Source: Lachnospiraceae bacterium
GTDB taxonomy: Bacteria; Bacillota; Clostridia; Lachnospirales; Lachnospiraceae
DNA: 64,000 nucleotides
Direction: 5' to 3'
Assembly (NCBI GenBank): GCA_014804755.1
Contig: JAAUZE010000008.1
Span: forward strand, 100,109 to 164,108
The stretch's first letter is position 1, and every line of letters starts with the position of its first letter. The position numbers were made by a program, and so were the translations under genes. The notes beneath the pieces are model-generated. The model was not told where the DNA came from and did not search any database. It saw only the letters and a program-made list of their open reading frames with translations. Shown piece after piece: positions 29,426-38,043 of this stretch.

Positions 29426-29632
29426 ATTGCCTCCGAATGACCGCCGTTTATGGCAGTTAGTTTTTATTTAGGAATAAATATAACACACTTCGCAACATTT
29501 TTGAAATGATTATTTGGAAAATGTTTCATATACTGATTTTAGTTCATCAAGCAAAACCATATAAAATGCGGCTTTGCATCAGGGAACGGAAGATGAACCA
29601 TATACAAGATAGGAAGAAAGGATGGAGAGGAT

Positions 29633-30865
29633 ATGTTCGTATTGTATAACGAGAATACAAGATTTCCGGTAAAGGTGTGGCTGAAAGATGAGAGTGGGCT
29701 GGAGGGAAAATGTCTGGAGCAGGCATACAACCTGTCGAAGCTTCCTTTCATACATAAATGGGTATGTCTGATGCCTGATACCCATGCGGGTAAGGGAATG
29801 CCCATCGGCGGAGTGATCGCCACAAAGGATGTGATCATCCCCAATGCGGTTGGGGTAGATATCGGATGCGGTATGGATTTTATTCCTACCAATATTCGCG
29901 TGGAGGACATAAAAGGCATTCAGACCGGAAACGGCACCCTGATCCAGTCCATCATCGGAAGCATCATGCGGACGATTCCGCTAAATACAGAGAGATACAA
30001 GGTTCCGCAGGAGTCGGAAGTGCTGGATCGTGCACAGCGGGAAATGGAAAAATATGAGGAGGATGCAGAGCTGGTGCCATTGATTGAGGACGGATATTTT
30101 CAGGTGGGAAGTCTGGGCGGCGGTAATCATTTTATCGAGCTTCAGGAAGATCAGGAAGGATATCTCTGCATTATGATCCACTCCGGAAGCCGTCATCTCG
30201 GAAAGGCAATCTGCGATTACTTCCATAAGAAGGCGGGAGAGCTGAACAGAATGTGGCACAGCGAAGTCAAGGATGAGTATCATTTGTCTTTCTTGCCTGT
30301 CCAGACAAAAGAAGGGCAGCAGTATATCAACTGGATGAATCTGGCGCTGGATTATGCCTTCGAGAACCGCGCCCGTATGCTGGATAAGACCTGTGGCATT
30401 GTGAAAGAGCAGATTGAGAAGCACACGGACCTCACAGTGGAATTCGGAGAGGAGATCAACTGCCATCACAACTATGCGGCATTGGAAAATCATTATGACG
30501 CTAATGTCTGGGTACATAGGAAAGGCGCTACCAGAGTGAGGGAAGGAGAAATGGCTGTGATACCGGGAGCCATGGGATCTTACAGCTATGTGGTGGAAGG
30601 AAAAGGAAATAAGGAATCCTTCTGCACCTCCTCCCACGGTGCTGGCAGAAGATACTCCAGATCCGGCGCCATGCAGGCATTCAGCACAGAGCAGGTCATG
30701 GTGGATCTGAAGGAACAGGATGTTGTGCTGGGAAAGCGCAAGAAAAATGATGTTGCCGAGGAGTGCCGGTTTGCCTATAAGGATATTGACCAGGTTATGG
30801 CACAGCAGCTGGACATGGTCACGCCGGTGAGGAAGTTAAAGACAGTGGGCGTGGTGAAAGGATGA
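29633..30865 (+). CDS. rtcB: RNA-splicing ligase RtcB (E. coli type)
   Basis: 'LMPDTHAGKGMPIGGV', 'GVDIGCGM', 'GGGNHFIE', 'EINCHHNY', 'CTSSHGAGR' and C-terminal 'VGVVKG' are colinear with E. coli RtcB. Confidence 0.9.
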   Translation: MFVLYNENTRFPVKVWLKDESGLEGKCLEQAYNLSKLPFIHKWVCLMPDTHAGKGMPIGGVIATKDVIIPNAVGVDIGCGMDFIPTNIRVEDIKGIQTGNGTLIQSIIGSIMRTIPLNTERYKVPQESEVLDRAQREMEKYEEDAELVPLIEDGYFQVGSLGGGNHFIELQEDQEGYLCIMIHSGSRHLGKAICDYFHKKAGELNRMWHSEVKDEYHLSFLPVQTKEGQQYINWMNLALDYAFENRARMLDKTCGIVKEQIEKHTDLTVEFGEEINCHHNYAALENHYDANVWVHRKGATRVREGEMAVIPGAMGSYSYVVEGKGNKESFCTSSHGAGRRYSRSGAMQAFSTEQVMVDLKEQDVVLGKRKKNDVAEECRFAYKDIDQVMAQQLDMVTPVRKLKTVGVVKG

Positions 30866-30889
30866 GCTCAGCGGGGGTCAAATACCCCG

Positions 30890-30931
30890 CAGTATACTGA
30901 ACAGAAAAGCTGATATGGTGTCAGTATACTG
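30890..30931. promoter_or_regulatory. pair of identical 10-bp palindromes CAGTATACTG, 32 bp centre-to-centre
   Basis: Located at 30890-30899 and 30922-30931, just after the rtcB stop and a GC hairpin (30871-30890). Confidence 0.3.
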
Positions 30932-31039
30932 TGGGATATTTGACAAGGCACGGGTATTGGAAGTCACTTCCTGCCCGGCGGTGCCGACAGCGTGCTGTGC
31001 GGTATTCCACGAATATTCCAACCGGCTTAACGTGGTGTT

Positions 31040-31400
31040 AAGTGAAGGTTTGTGGTGTCGAGGGTTCGAATCCCTCCCGTGTAAACGGTAGCTCAGTGGG
31101 TAGAGTGCACAACATTATGGCAAGACCTGTAAAGTCTGCGGTTCGAATCCGCCCAAAGCAATACTTTTATCCCGATTTCAGGCAAATTCTGCATCTCTGT
31201 GAAGCGCAAAGGATTGCGAAGCAGGGAAAGCGTGAGGGCGCCAAATCAGTCTGCGGCCTGAAGGCCGGGGATACCGCAGATCGGAAGGAGGAACAACACT
31301 CTGTAAAGAATATTGAGAAACGGTGATGATATCCCTTTACAGAGTGCCCTTCCTCCCCACGGTCTGCTGAACCGGGCTTCCGCTTCAGACTGATGAATGA
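31040..31400 (+). ncRNA. structured tRNA-mimic RNA (Y-RNA/YrlA-like candidate)
   Basis: Two T-arm mimics (31060-31076 and 31137-31153, GGTTCGAATCC loops). D-arm mimic TAGCTCAGTGGGTAGAG at 31089-31106 with U8/A9/G18G19. 12-bp perfect hairpin 31297-31308/31335-31346 and long-range pairing 31255-31263/31386-31394. No acceptor or anticodon stems. Confidence 0.45.
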
Positions 31401-31447
31401 GGGATATCAGTATTACTAAAACAAATTAAGATCAGGAGGAGTAAGTT

Positions 31448-32554
31448 ATGAAGTATATTATCAGAGATAATCAGGCAGGGTTTGTATTGAAGAATGGCGT
31501 ATTTCAAAAGATGATCACCGCGGGAACCTGGCATTTTCCTAAGATAGCAGGTTACACGGTCGAGATTGAGGAGATGTCGAATGAACTGGATTATCAGGAG
31601 GTTCCCTATCAGGTGCTTTCCGGAGATGCTGCATTCCTTAATGCCACTGTACATACGGAAATACCGGATGGCTCTGTGGGTTTCATCTACATGAATGGCA
31701 AGCTGACAGCCTTTGCGAGCAGGAAGGATTATGTATTCTGGAATGTGTTTGATACGTATGAGGTCAAAGTTGTGTCCATGGCGGAGACGTTCATCGGAGC
31801 AGAAGTGACGAAGCAGATGCTTTCGCTGGTGCCGAAGCACCTTTATACGGAGGTGTCGGTGGGAGAGGGAGAAATCGGTCTGGTATACTATGACAACGTC
31901 ATGCAGACCCCACTTTCCAAAGGCGTATATCGTTTCTGGAATTACCATCATGTCGTTTCCTGCTGCGTGATTGATATGAAGCAGAAAGAACTGGATATCG
32001 TGGGTCAGGAAATTCTGACCAAAGACAAGATAGGCATCAGAATGAACGTTGCATGCATGTATAAAATACGGGATGCAGTAGAATTCGTTGCAACGATCTC
32101 GGATCTGAAAGGACAGCTTTACCCTGCGGTACAGCTTGTGATCAGAGAGGTCGTGGGCAATTACAAGCTGGACGAGATACTGGAGGCAAAGGAGCAGATC
32201 TCCGGGGAAATCTACGAGGCGCTTAAGGGGCGGGAAGAGATGTTCTGTGTGAATTTCCTCACCGCGGGAATCAAGGATATCATACTGCCCGGCGAGATCA
32301 GGGAGATCATGAATTCTGTCCTTGTGGCGGAAAAGGCAGCTCAGGCAAACGTGATCGCCAGAAGGGAGGAGGTGGCCTCTACCAGATCTCTGCTCAACAC
32401 GGCGAAGCTTATGGACGAGAACCAGACACTCTACAAGCTGAAGGAGCTTGAGTATCTGGAGAAGATCTGTGAGAAGGTAGGCGACATATCTGTCAATGGC
32501 AATGTGGGAATCATGGAGCAATTGGGGAAAATGATGGGGACGAGACAGGGATGA
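31448..32554 (+). CDS. SPFH/band-7 domain protein
   Basis: 'GIRMNVACMYKIRDAVEFV...REVVGNYKLDEIL...AEKAAQANVIARREEV' is a classic SPFH core. SD AGGAGGAG. Confidence 0.8.
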   Translation: MKYIIRDNQAGFVLKNGVFQKMITAGTWHFPKIAGYTVEIEEMSNELDYQEVPYQVLSGDAAFLNATVHTEIPDGSVGFIYMNGKLTAFASRKDYVFWNVFDTYEVKVVSMAETFIGAEVTKQMLSLVPKHLYTEVSVGEGEIGLVYYDNVMQTPLSKGVYRFWNYHHVVSCCVIDMKQKELDIVGQEILTKDKIGIRMNVACMYKIRDAVEFVATISDLKGQLYPAVQLVIREVVGNYKLDEILEAKEQISGEIYEALKGREEMFCVNFLTAGIKDIILPGEIREIMNSVLVAEKAAQANVIARREEVASTRSLLNTAKLMDENQTLYKLKELEYLEKICEKVGDISVNGNVGIMEQLGKMMGTRQG

Positions 32555-32597
32555 TCTAATTAGTTCTTCATGTTTTGGTTATATTGTGTTAAAATAA

Positions 32598-32640
32598 CAG
32601 ATATGGCTCCGGCGGGGAGCCATATCTGTGTTATAAATTC
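32598..32640 (+). terminator. rho-independent terminator
   Basis: 13-bp perfect stem CAGATATGGCTCC/GGAGCCATATCTG with loop GGCG. Confidence 0.6.
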
Positions 32641-32728
32641 AAATTTGTTTAAACAACCATTACTACAACTGAATAAATAACACAACGTCAGAGCGAAATC
32701 CCAATCGTAATTCACGGAGGAACATAGA

Positions 32729-33163
32729 ATGATAAAACAGGCAGAACAAGCAGATGCGTTAACCTTGGCAGAATTGGCAATCCAGATGTGGGAAGACAAT
32801 ACCATATCGGAGCTGGCATCCGAATTTGCGGAAATGATTGGCAGCGAGGATGCGGCTTGCTTTATTCAATATGCGGAGGACAAGCCGATCGGATTTGCGC
32901 AGTGTCAGCTTAGGCATGACTATGTCGAGGGCACGGAGACATCACCGGTCGGTTATTTAGAAGGAATCTTTGTTCAGGACGAGTTTCGCCATAAAGGCTA
33001 TGCAAAAGAACTGCTGCAGGAATGCGAAAAGTGGGCAAAGGGAAAAAACTGTTCTGAATTTGCAAGTGATTGTGAATTAGACAATGTGAATAGTCTCAAA
33101 TTTCATTTGGCAATGGGGTTTGAAGAAGCCAATCGGGTTATTTGTTTTCGAAAAGACATTTGA
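32729..33163 (+). CDS. GNAT acetyltransferase, aminoglycoside 6'-N-acetyltransferase-like
   Basis: Size and 'GYLEGIFVQDEFRHKGYAKELL' / 'KFHLAMGFEE' pattern resemble the AAC(6')-I family. Substrate is not established. Confidence 0.55.
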   Translation: MIKQAEQADALTLAELAIQMWEDNTISELASEFAEMIGSEDAACFIQYAEDKPIGFAQCQLRHDYVEGTETSPVGYLEGIFVQDEFRHKGYAKELLQECEKWAKGKNCSEFASDCELDNVNSLKFHLAMGFEEANRVICFRKDI

Positions 33164-33201
33164 GCAAGGTTAATTGATGCGGGACGAAAGGAATATATAA
33201 A

Positions 33202-33633
33202 GTGGAAAAGCTGAATCAGGAAACAAAAAAGATCATGGAAGAACGGTTCGGAAAAGACAATATTATCGCATTGGCGACGTTGGAAGGCGATATGCCCAGC
33301 GTCCGCAATGTGGACGGATTTTATGAGGATGGGGCGTTTTATACGATCACGTATGCGCTTTCCGACAAAATGAAGCAGATCGAAAAAAATCCGAATGTGG
33401 CGATTGCGGGAGAATGGTTTACCGCGCATGGGAAGGCGGTCAGTCTCGGTTATTTTGGCAGGGCGGAGAATGAGGACATTGCCGGAAAGTTGCGGACGGC
33501 TTTTGCAGAGTGGATTGATAACGGACACAACAATTTTGAAGATGAAAACACAGTCATCCTCTGTGTGCAGCTGACGGACGGTGTTCTTTTTTCACAGGGA
33601 GCAAGATACGAAATTGATTTTAGTGCGGATTGA
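33202..33633 (+). CDS. pyridoxamine 5'-phosphate oxidase-like FMN-binding protein
   Basis: 'IALATLEGDMPSVRNV' PNPOx-like split-barrel signature. Confidence 0.65.
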   Translation: MEKLNQETKKIMEERFGKDNIIALATLEGDMPSVRNVDGFYEDGAFYTITYALSDKMKQIEKNPNVAIAGEWFTAHGKAVSLGYFGRAENEDIAGKLRTAFAEWIDNGHNNFEDENTVILCVQLTDGVLFSQGARYEIDFSAD

Positions 33634-33650
33634 GGAGGGAATAGAAGACC

Positions 33651-34091
33651 ATGATTCATTTTGAAGCGATAACGGAAGAAAATTTTGATGCGGTCATCCA
33701 AATGAAGCGTCCACCGGAGGAGCATTTTGTAGCGTCAAATGCGTACTCTCTTGCGCAGGCGTGGCTGTATCGGGATGCGGGCGATGTGTATCCGTTTGCG
33801 ATCTGCAATAGCGGCGTATCGGTCGGTTTTATGATGCTGGATGAGGATTTGGAAGAACGCTGCCTCATCATATGGAGGATCATGTTCCCGCCGGAGCATC
33901 AGAACCAGGGTTATGGAACACAGGCCATCCAAGAGATTATTCGCATGGCCAAGGAATCCGGGAAATATGATTTTTTGCTTCTGAACTGCGCGCCCGAAAA
34001 TCACATTGCGGCGCATGTTTATGAAAAGCTGGGATTCAAACCGACCGGCGTTGTCAGTCACGGAGAGACGGAGTTAAAGCTGCTTTTTTGA
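33651..34091 (+). CDS. GNAT N-acetyltransferase
   Basis: 'QNQGYGTQAIQEII' motif A. Confidence 0.7.
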   Translation: MIHFEAITEENFDAVIQMKRPPEEHFVASNAYSLAQAWLYRDAGDVYPFAICNSGVSVGFMMLDEDLEERCLIIWRIMFPPEHQNQGYGTQAIQEIIRMAKESGKYDFLLLNCAPENHIAAHVYEKLGFKPTGVVSHGETELKLLF

Positions 34092-34148
34092 AGCTATATA
34101 ACATTTTTAAGAGGCAGAATGTTTCTGATGACAAGGAGGAGTACGCCT

Positions 34149-34685
34149 ATGAAAAGATGCAGATTATCCTATGATGAATGGAAATGTATCCTGTCAAAAG
34201 AGATGACCGGCAAAAGAGTGGTTGGGGACTTTTTTGAGGGATATATTGGTCTGATCGACATTCGACAGGTAAGTGAAGTGCAGAAATGGAAATTGGGCGG
34301 GGAAGAGATCGTGGTCTGCGACGGAGGCATCAAATGGCTGAGTATTTTGCCGCAGAATGATTTTTATTGTATCACTGCCATGATGAATGAAAAAAGCGAT
34401 ATATTGTTATGGTACATTGATATGATCGCGGGTCAGGGAACGGATACGGACGGTATGCCGTGGTTTGACGATCTGTACTTGGATCTGGTGGTTTATCCGA
34501 ACGGAGAAATTAAAGTGGATGACATGGATGAACTGGAAGAAGCGCTGCGGCAAAAAGACATCACGCAGGAACAATTTGATCTTGCGCTTCATACGGCCGA
34601 TCAATTGAAAAAAGGATTGTTAAAGGACATCCATTCTTTTAAGGACTATACATATGCATGCTATGAGCTCCTATGCAAAGATTGA
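34149..34685 (+). CDS. DUF402-like protein
   Basis: 'WFDDLYLDLVVYPNGEIKVDDMDEL' matches the DUF402 core. SD AGGAGGA before the ATG at 34149. Confidence 0.55.
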   Translation: MKRCRLSYDEWKCILSKEMTGKRVVGDFFEGYIGLIDIRQVSEVQKWKLGGEEIVVCDGGIKWLSILPQNDFYCITAMMNEKSDILLWYIDMIAGQGTDTDGMPWFDDLYLDLVVYPNGEIKVDDMDELEEALRQKDITQEQFDLALHTADQLKKGLLKDIHSFKDYTYACYELLCKD

Positions 34686-34793
34686 AAAATCAAAGATTTT
34701 TCTAAAGCGAACAAGTTCGCTTTGCAAATTTGTGCTGACGCCCAAATTCGCGGGCTGTTGGCAGCATGGAGGATTAGTTTGAAGGGAAAAACA

Positions 34794-35396
34794 ATGAATA
34801 TAGGCTTTCAGATCATAGCGATCGTGATATTACTCGTTTTTTACGGGTGCTATTTTACAAAAATGATATTGCAGAGAAAAAAGGGTATACAGACCAATCA
34901 GATGGGAAAAGGGAAAACGGGGCTTGTGAAGCGCATTGAGATTACAATGAAAATCACGTCACTCCTCGTCCCTGCGGCGGAGATTGTCAGTATTGTTTTG
35001 GACGTATCGCCCTTGCCGCTATGGGCAAGAATAGCGGGCGTGCTGATCGGAATCTGCGGAGCGGTGGTTTTTATTTTGGCGGTGGTGACGATGCGGGACA
35101 GCTGGCGTGCAGGCGTTTCGGAAATGGAGCGCACGGAGCTTGTCACAGGCGGTATTTATCAGATCAGCCGCAATCCGGCTTTCCTTGGATTTGACCTTGT
35201 TTACATAGGGATTGTGCTGATGTTTTTTAACTGGGTTCTGCTTGCGGTATCGGTATTTGCCGGTCTGATGTTCCATTTGCAGATCGTGAATGTGGAGGAA
35301 GATTTTTTGGTCCGAACGTTTGGACAAGCTTACCTTGATTATCGAAAAAAGGTGAACCGATATTTGGGGAGAAAGATTGGCAAACAAAATGGGTGA
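34794..35396 (+). CDS. isoprenylcysteine carboxyl methyltransferase-family membrane protein
   Basis: Multiple TM helices and 'NPAFLGFDLVYIG' ICMT/PEMT motif. Confidence 0.65.
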   Translation: MNIGFQIIAIVILLVFYGCYFTKMILQRKKGIQTNQMGKGKTGLVKRIEITMKITSLLVPAAEIVSIVLDVSPLPLWARIAGVLIGICGAVVFILAVVTMRDSWRAGVSEMERTELVTGGIYQISRNPAFLGFDLVYIGIVLMFFNWVLLAVSVFAGLMFHLQIVNVEEDFLVRTFGQAYLDYRKKVNRYLGRKIGKQNG

Positions 35397-35436
35397 GATT
35401 TGGGATTCTGTTTGAGCAGAATCATGGAGGATTAAC

Positions 35437-36159
35437 ATGAACATACACGAATTGGGAACGTGGGAACAGCTTCAGAAAAAATTGACATGGGAGCAGCTCG
35501 GGGGATTTTCGGGAAAACGGATTCTGGAGTTCGGCTGCGGAAACGGCGTGATGGGCGCGCATTATGCAAAGGATAACACTGTGATCGCGATAGAGCCGAA
35601 TGCGCAGGTTTTAACGGAGAATCCGTATGAAGATGTGGAGCAGATCTGCGGGGATTTCAAATTATTATCCCGATATGAGGACGAATCGTTTGATGTGATT
35701 TTTTGTCATAATGTACTGGAATACGCCGCAGAGCGCGCGGAAATCTTAAAGGAATTCCAACGACTGTTAAAAAAAGACGGACTTCTTTCCGTATTGAAGC
35801 ATAACCGTCCGGGGCGCGTCATGCAGATGACGGTACTGCTGAACAATTTTGAACATGCGAATGAATTGCTGGACGGAGCATGTGGCGTGAGTCCGCAGTT
35901 TGGGGAAATTCATTATTACGAGGACGAGGATCTGATCAAATGGGCACCAAAGCTGCGGATTGAAAAGATCCTGGGTATGCGGACATTTTGGGATTTACAG
36001 CAGAATCAGGACATACAGAAGGAAGAAGAATGGCAGCAAAAGATGATGCGTTTGGAGCAGCGGGTTTCCGGCATGGAAGAATATCGGAACATCGCGTTCT
36101 TTCACCATGTTTTTTTGAGAAAAGGGAACTGTTCAGAAAGTGCATCTTCAAAGCTGTGA
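35437..36159 (+). CDS. class I SAM-dependent methyltransferase
   Basis: 'ILEFGCGNGVMG' motif I. Confidence 0.7.
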   Translation: MNIHELGTWEQLQKKLTWEQLGGFSGKRILEFGCGNGVMGAHYAKDNTVIAIEPNAQVLTENPYEDVEQICGDFKLLSRYEDESFDVIFCHNVLEYAAERAEILKEFQRLLKKDGLLSVLKHNRPGRVMQMTVLLNNFEHANELLDGACGVSPQFGEIHYYEDEDLIKWAPKLRIEKILGMRTFWDLQQNQDIQKEEEWQQKMMRLEQRVSGMEEYRNIAFFHHVFLRKGNCSESASSKL

Positions 36160-36302
36160 GGAACGAGGTTTTGAACACTTACGAAGAAATAAAGTCAGCA
36201 TGAGCGAGGGAATACAAGCATGGACTTGTTCTCTATACGAATATGGCGCCTGTGGCATGAACGCATGCGCGTCGCGGTTTGCAGAAAGGCAGGGGGACTT
36301 TT

Positions 36303-37070
36303 ATGATCTTAACAGAGTTTGATTCGATAAAAAAAGCAGTCATCAATCCGGAAGATATTATCAAGCCGGTGGAGGGCATGCCGGAGGTGGCGGTCGCCTG
36401 CTATTCTCATATGACGTTTGAAAGAATGGTCGAGGAATTGGATGCAAAGATCTTTGCGGAGACAAGTACCGCAAATGGTGTGAAACCGGTTTACAAGGCA
36501 GTGTACAAGGGCATGGATGTTGCGCTGTTTATGGTCGACGTGGGCGCGCCTATGAGCGTGGGGATGTTGGAAGATGTATTTATGATGGGCGTTAAGAAAG
36601 CGATCATTTTCGGAACCTGCGGCGTGCTTGACAAAAGCATCGACGACTGTTCTGTCATTATTCCTGATTGCGCGGTGAGGGACGAGGGAACAAGCTACCA
36701 CTATGCGCCAGCATCGGATGAGATCGAAGTAAATAGGAAGTATCTGGAAGTGTTTACCGGTATGCTGGATGAACTTCAGGTGAAATATACGGTAGGGAAA
36801 ACATGGACGACGGATGCGTTTTATCGTGAGACGCCGGAAAAAGTCAGGCGCAGAAAAGAGCAGGGCTGTATCTGTGTGGATATGGAATGCTCGGCGGATG
36901 CGGCAGTCGCGCAGTTTCGCGAAAAAGACCTGATCCAGTTTTTCTATGCGGCGGATAATCTGGATGCGGAGGAATGGGATGTGCGGAGCTTAAGCAATCA
37001 TTCCAAATTGGAGGAAAAAGACCGGATCGCCATGATCGCGCTGGAGCTGGCGGCGCGGGTTTCGCGTTAG
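36303..37070 (+). CDS. nucleoside phosphorylase family protein (PNP/UDP/MTAP fold)
   Basis: 'IIFGTCGVL' and 'ICVDMECSA' motifs. Confidence 0.6.
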   Translation: MILTEFDSIKKAVINPEDIIKPVEGMPEVAVACYSHMTFERMVEELDAKIFAETSTANGVKPVYKAVYKGMDVALFMVDVGAPMSVGMLEDVFMMGVKKAIIFGTCGVLDKSIDDCSVIIPDCAVRDEGTSYHYAPASDEIEVNRKYLEVFTGMLDELQVKYTVGKTWTTDAFYRETPEKVRRRKEQGCICVDMECSADAAVAQFREKDLIQFFYAADNLDAEEWDVRSLSNHSKLEEKDRIAMIALELAARVSR

Positions 37071-37130
37071 GAGACGGTCCGGCCAAGAAAAGCGGTGCGG
37101 ACGATTGAAACGGTGAGGAAGGAGAGAAAT

Positions 37131-37760
37131 ATGAACGCGTATTGGAAGAAAAATCTTTTTCCGCTGGCGGTAGAAATTGCTTTTATCATTTCGTGCTTTG
37201 TGATTCCGGCGGAGTATTTTATCTATACGAATTTTCTGTTTTATTTTGTGCTGCTCCTTTATTTCGTCGCGGTAAAGGATTTCTCGGTAAAGGAGTGGGG
37301 AAGAAGCTTAAAAGCTGGGAAAGCGTTTTGGAAGCCCGTGGGGATCACCGTATTCTTTTTTATGCTGGCGTTTGCGGCAACCATGATATTGGAAAGCACG
37401 TTTCCGCAATGGGATACGGGAATGATCGGATTAAGGCGTGACAATTGGTTCACGCTTGTATTGTTTGCCATTTCGACGATCGTTCTGCCGCCCGTTGTAG
37501 AGGAGACCTTTTATCGGAAAAACCTGATTTTGACGGGAAATAAAAACGTGATGGCGGCGACCGTGATATGCAGCATGCTTCTTTATGCGGCGGAGCATTC
37601 CCTGACGCCATGGGGGATTTTTCTCACGATGCTCTGGGCGCTGCCGCTCAGCGTTTCCTATGTAAAAACCAAGAATGTATTTATCCCGATGACGGCGCAT
37701 TTCATGGTTAATTTCGTGGGAAACGGCGCGGACGTGGTATTTACGATCATCGGCATGTGA
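37131..37760 (+). CDS. CPBP-family intramembrane metalloprotease (CAAX protease-like)
   Basis: 'VVEETFYRK' EExxxR motif plus TM helices. Confidence 0.75.
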   Translation: MNAYWKKNLFPLAVEIAFIISCFVIPAEYFIYTNFLFYFVLLLYFVAVKDFSVKEWGRSLKAGKAFWKPVGITVFFFMLAFAATMILESTFPQWDTGMIGLRRDNWFTLVLFAISTIVLPPVVEETFYRKNLILTGNKNVMAATVICSMLLYAAEHSLTPWGIFLTMLWALPLSVSYVKTKNVFIPMTAHFMVNFVGNGADVVFTIIGM

Positions 37761-37799
37761 TAGTCGGCACGGATGGATCGCAGAAAAAGGAGGAATGGC

Positions 37800-38018
37800 A
37801 TGTTCGGAAAAAAGAAGCTTCAAGTGGAATACTATGACAAAGAAAATGTAAAGCCGGTCATCCGCGCCAGCATCTGCACGGGAGAGCAGGTTGCCGGATT
37901 TAAGAATATTCATACCGGAAAGTTTGAGGAGATCATGCTGATCCGGGACGAGCGGGATAAAGAAGTATTTTTGAGCAGGTACGGCATTTCGGCGGGGGAA
38001 ATCACAAAGGAATATTAA
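37800..38018 (+). CDS. small hypothetical protein (72 aa)
   Basis: SD AAGGAGGAA before the ATG at 37800. Confidence 0.4.
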   Translation: MFGKKKLQVEYYDKENVKPVIRASICTGEQVAGFKNIHTGKFEEIMLIRDERDKEVFLSRYGISAGEITKEY

Positions 38019-38043
38019 TTGCTGCAGAGAAAGAGAGATAAAT

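Noticed and set aside
31040-31160. Two tRNA genes, or tRNA 3' fragments marking an integration site
   Set aside because: Both elements have good T-arms and one a D-arm, but neither has a 7-bp acceptor pairing (checked 5' candidates against the 3' strands) nor an anticodon stem. They are embedded in a larger co-folded structure, so a tRNA-mimic ncRNA is preferred.
31385-32521. 378-aa minus-strand ORF
   Set aside because: Entirely antisense to the SPFH gene, which has clear family signatures and a strong SD; treated as a shadow ORF.
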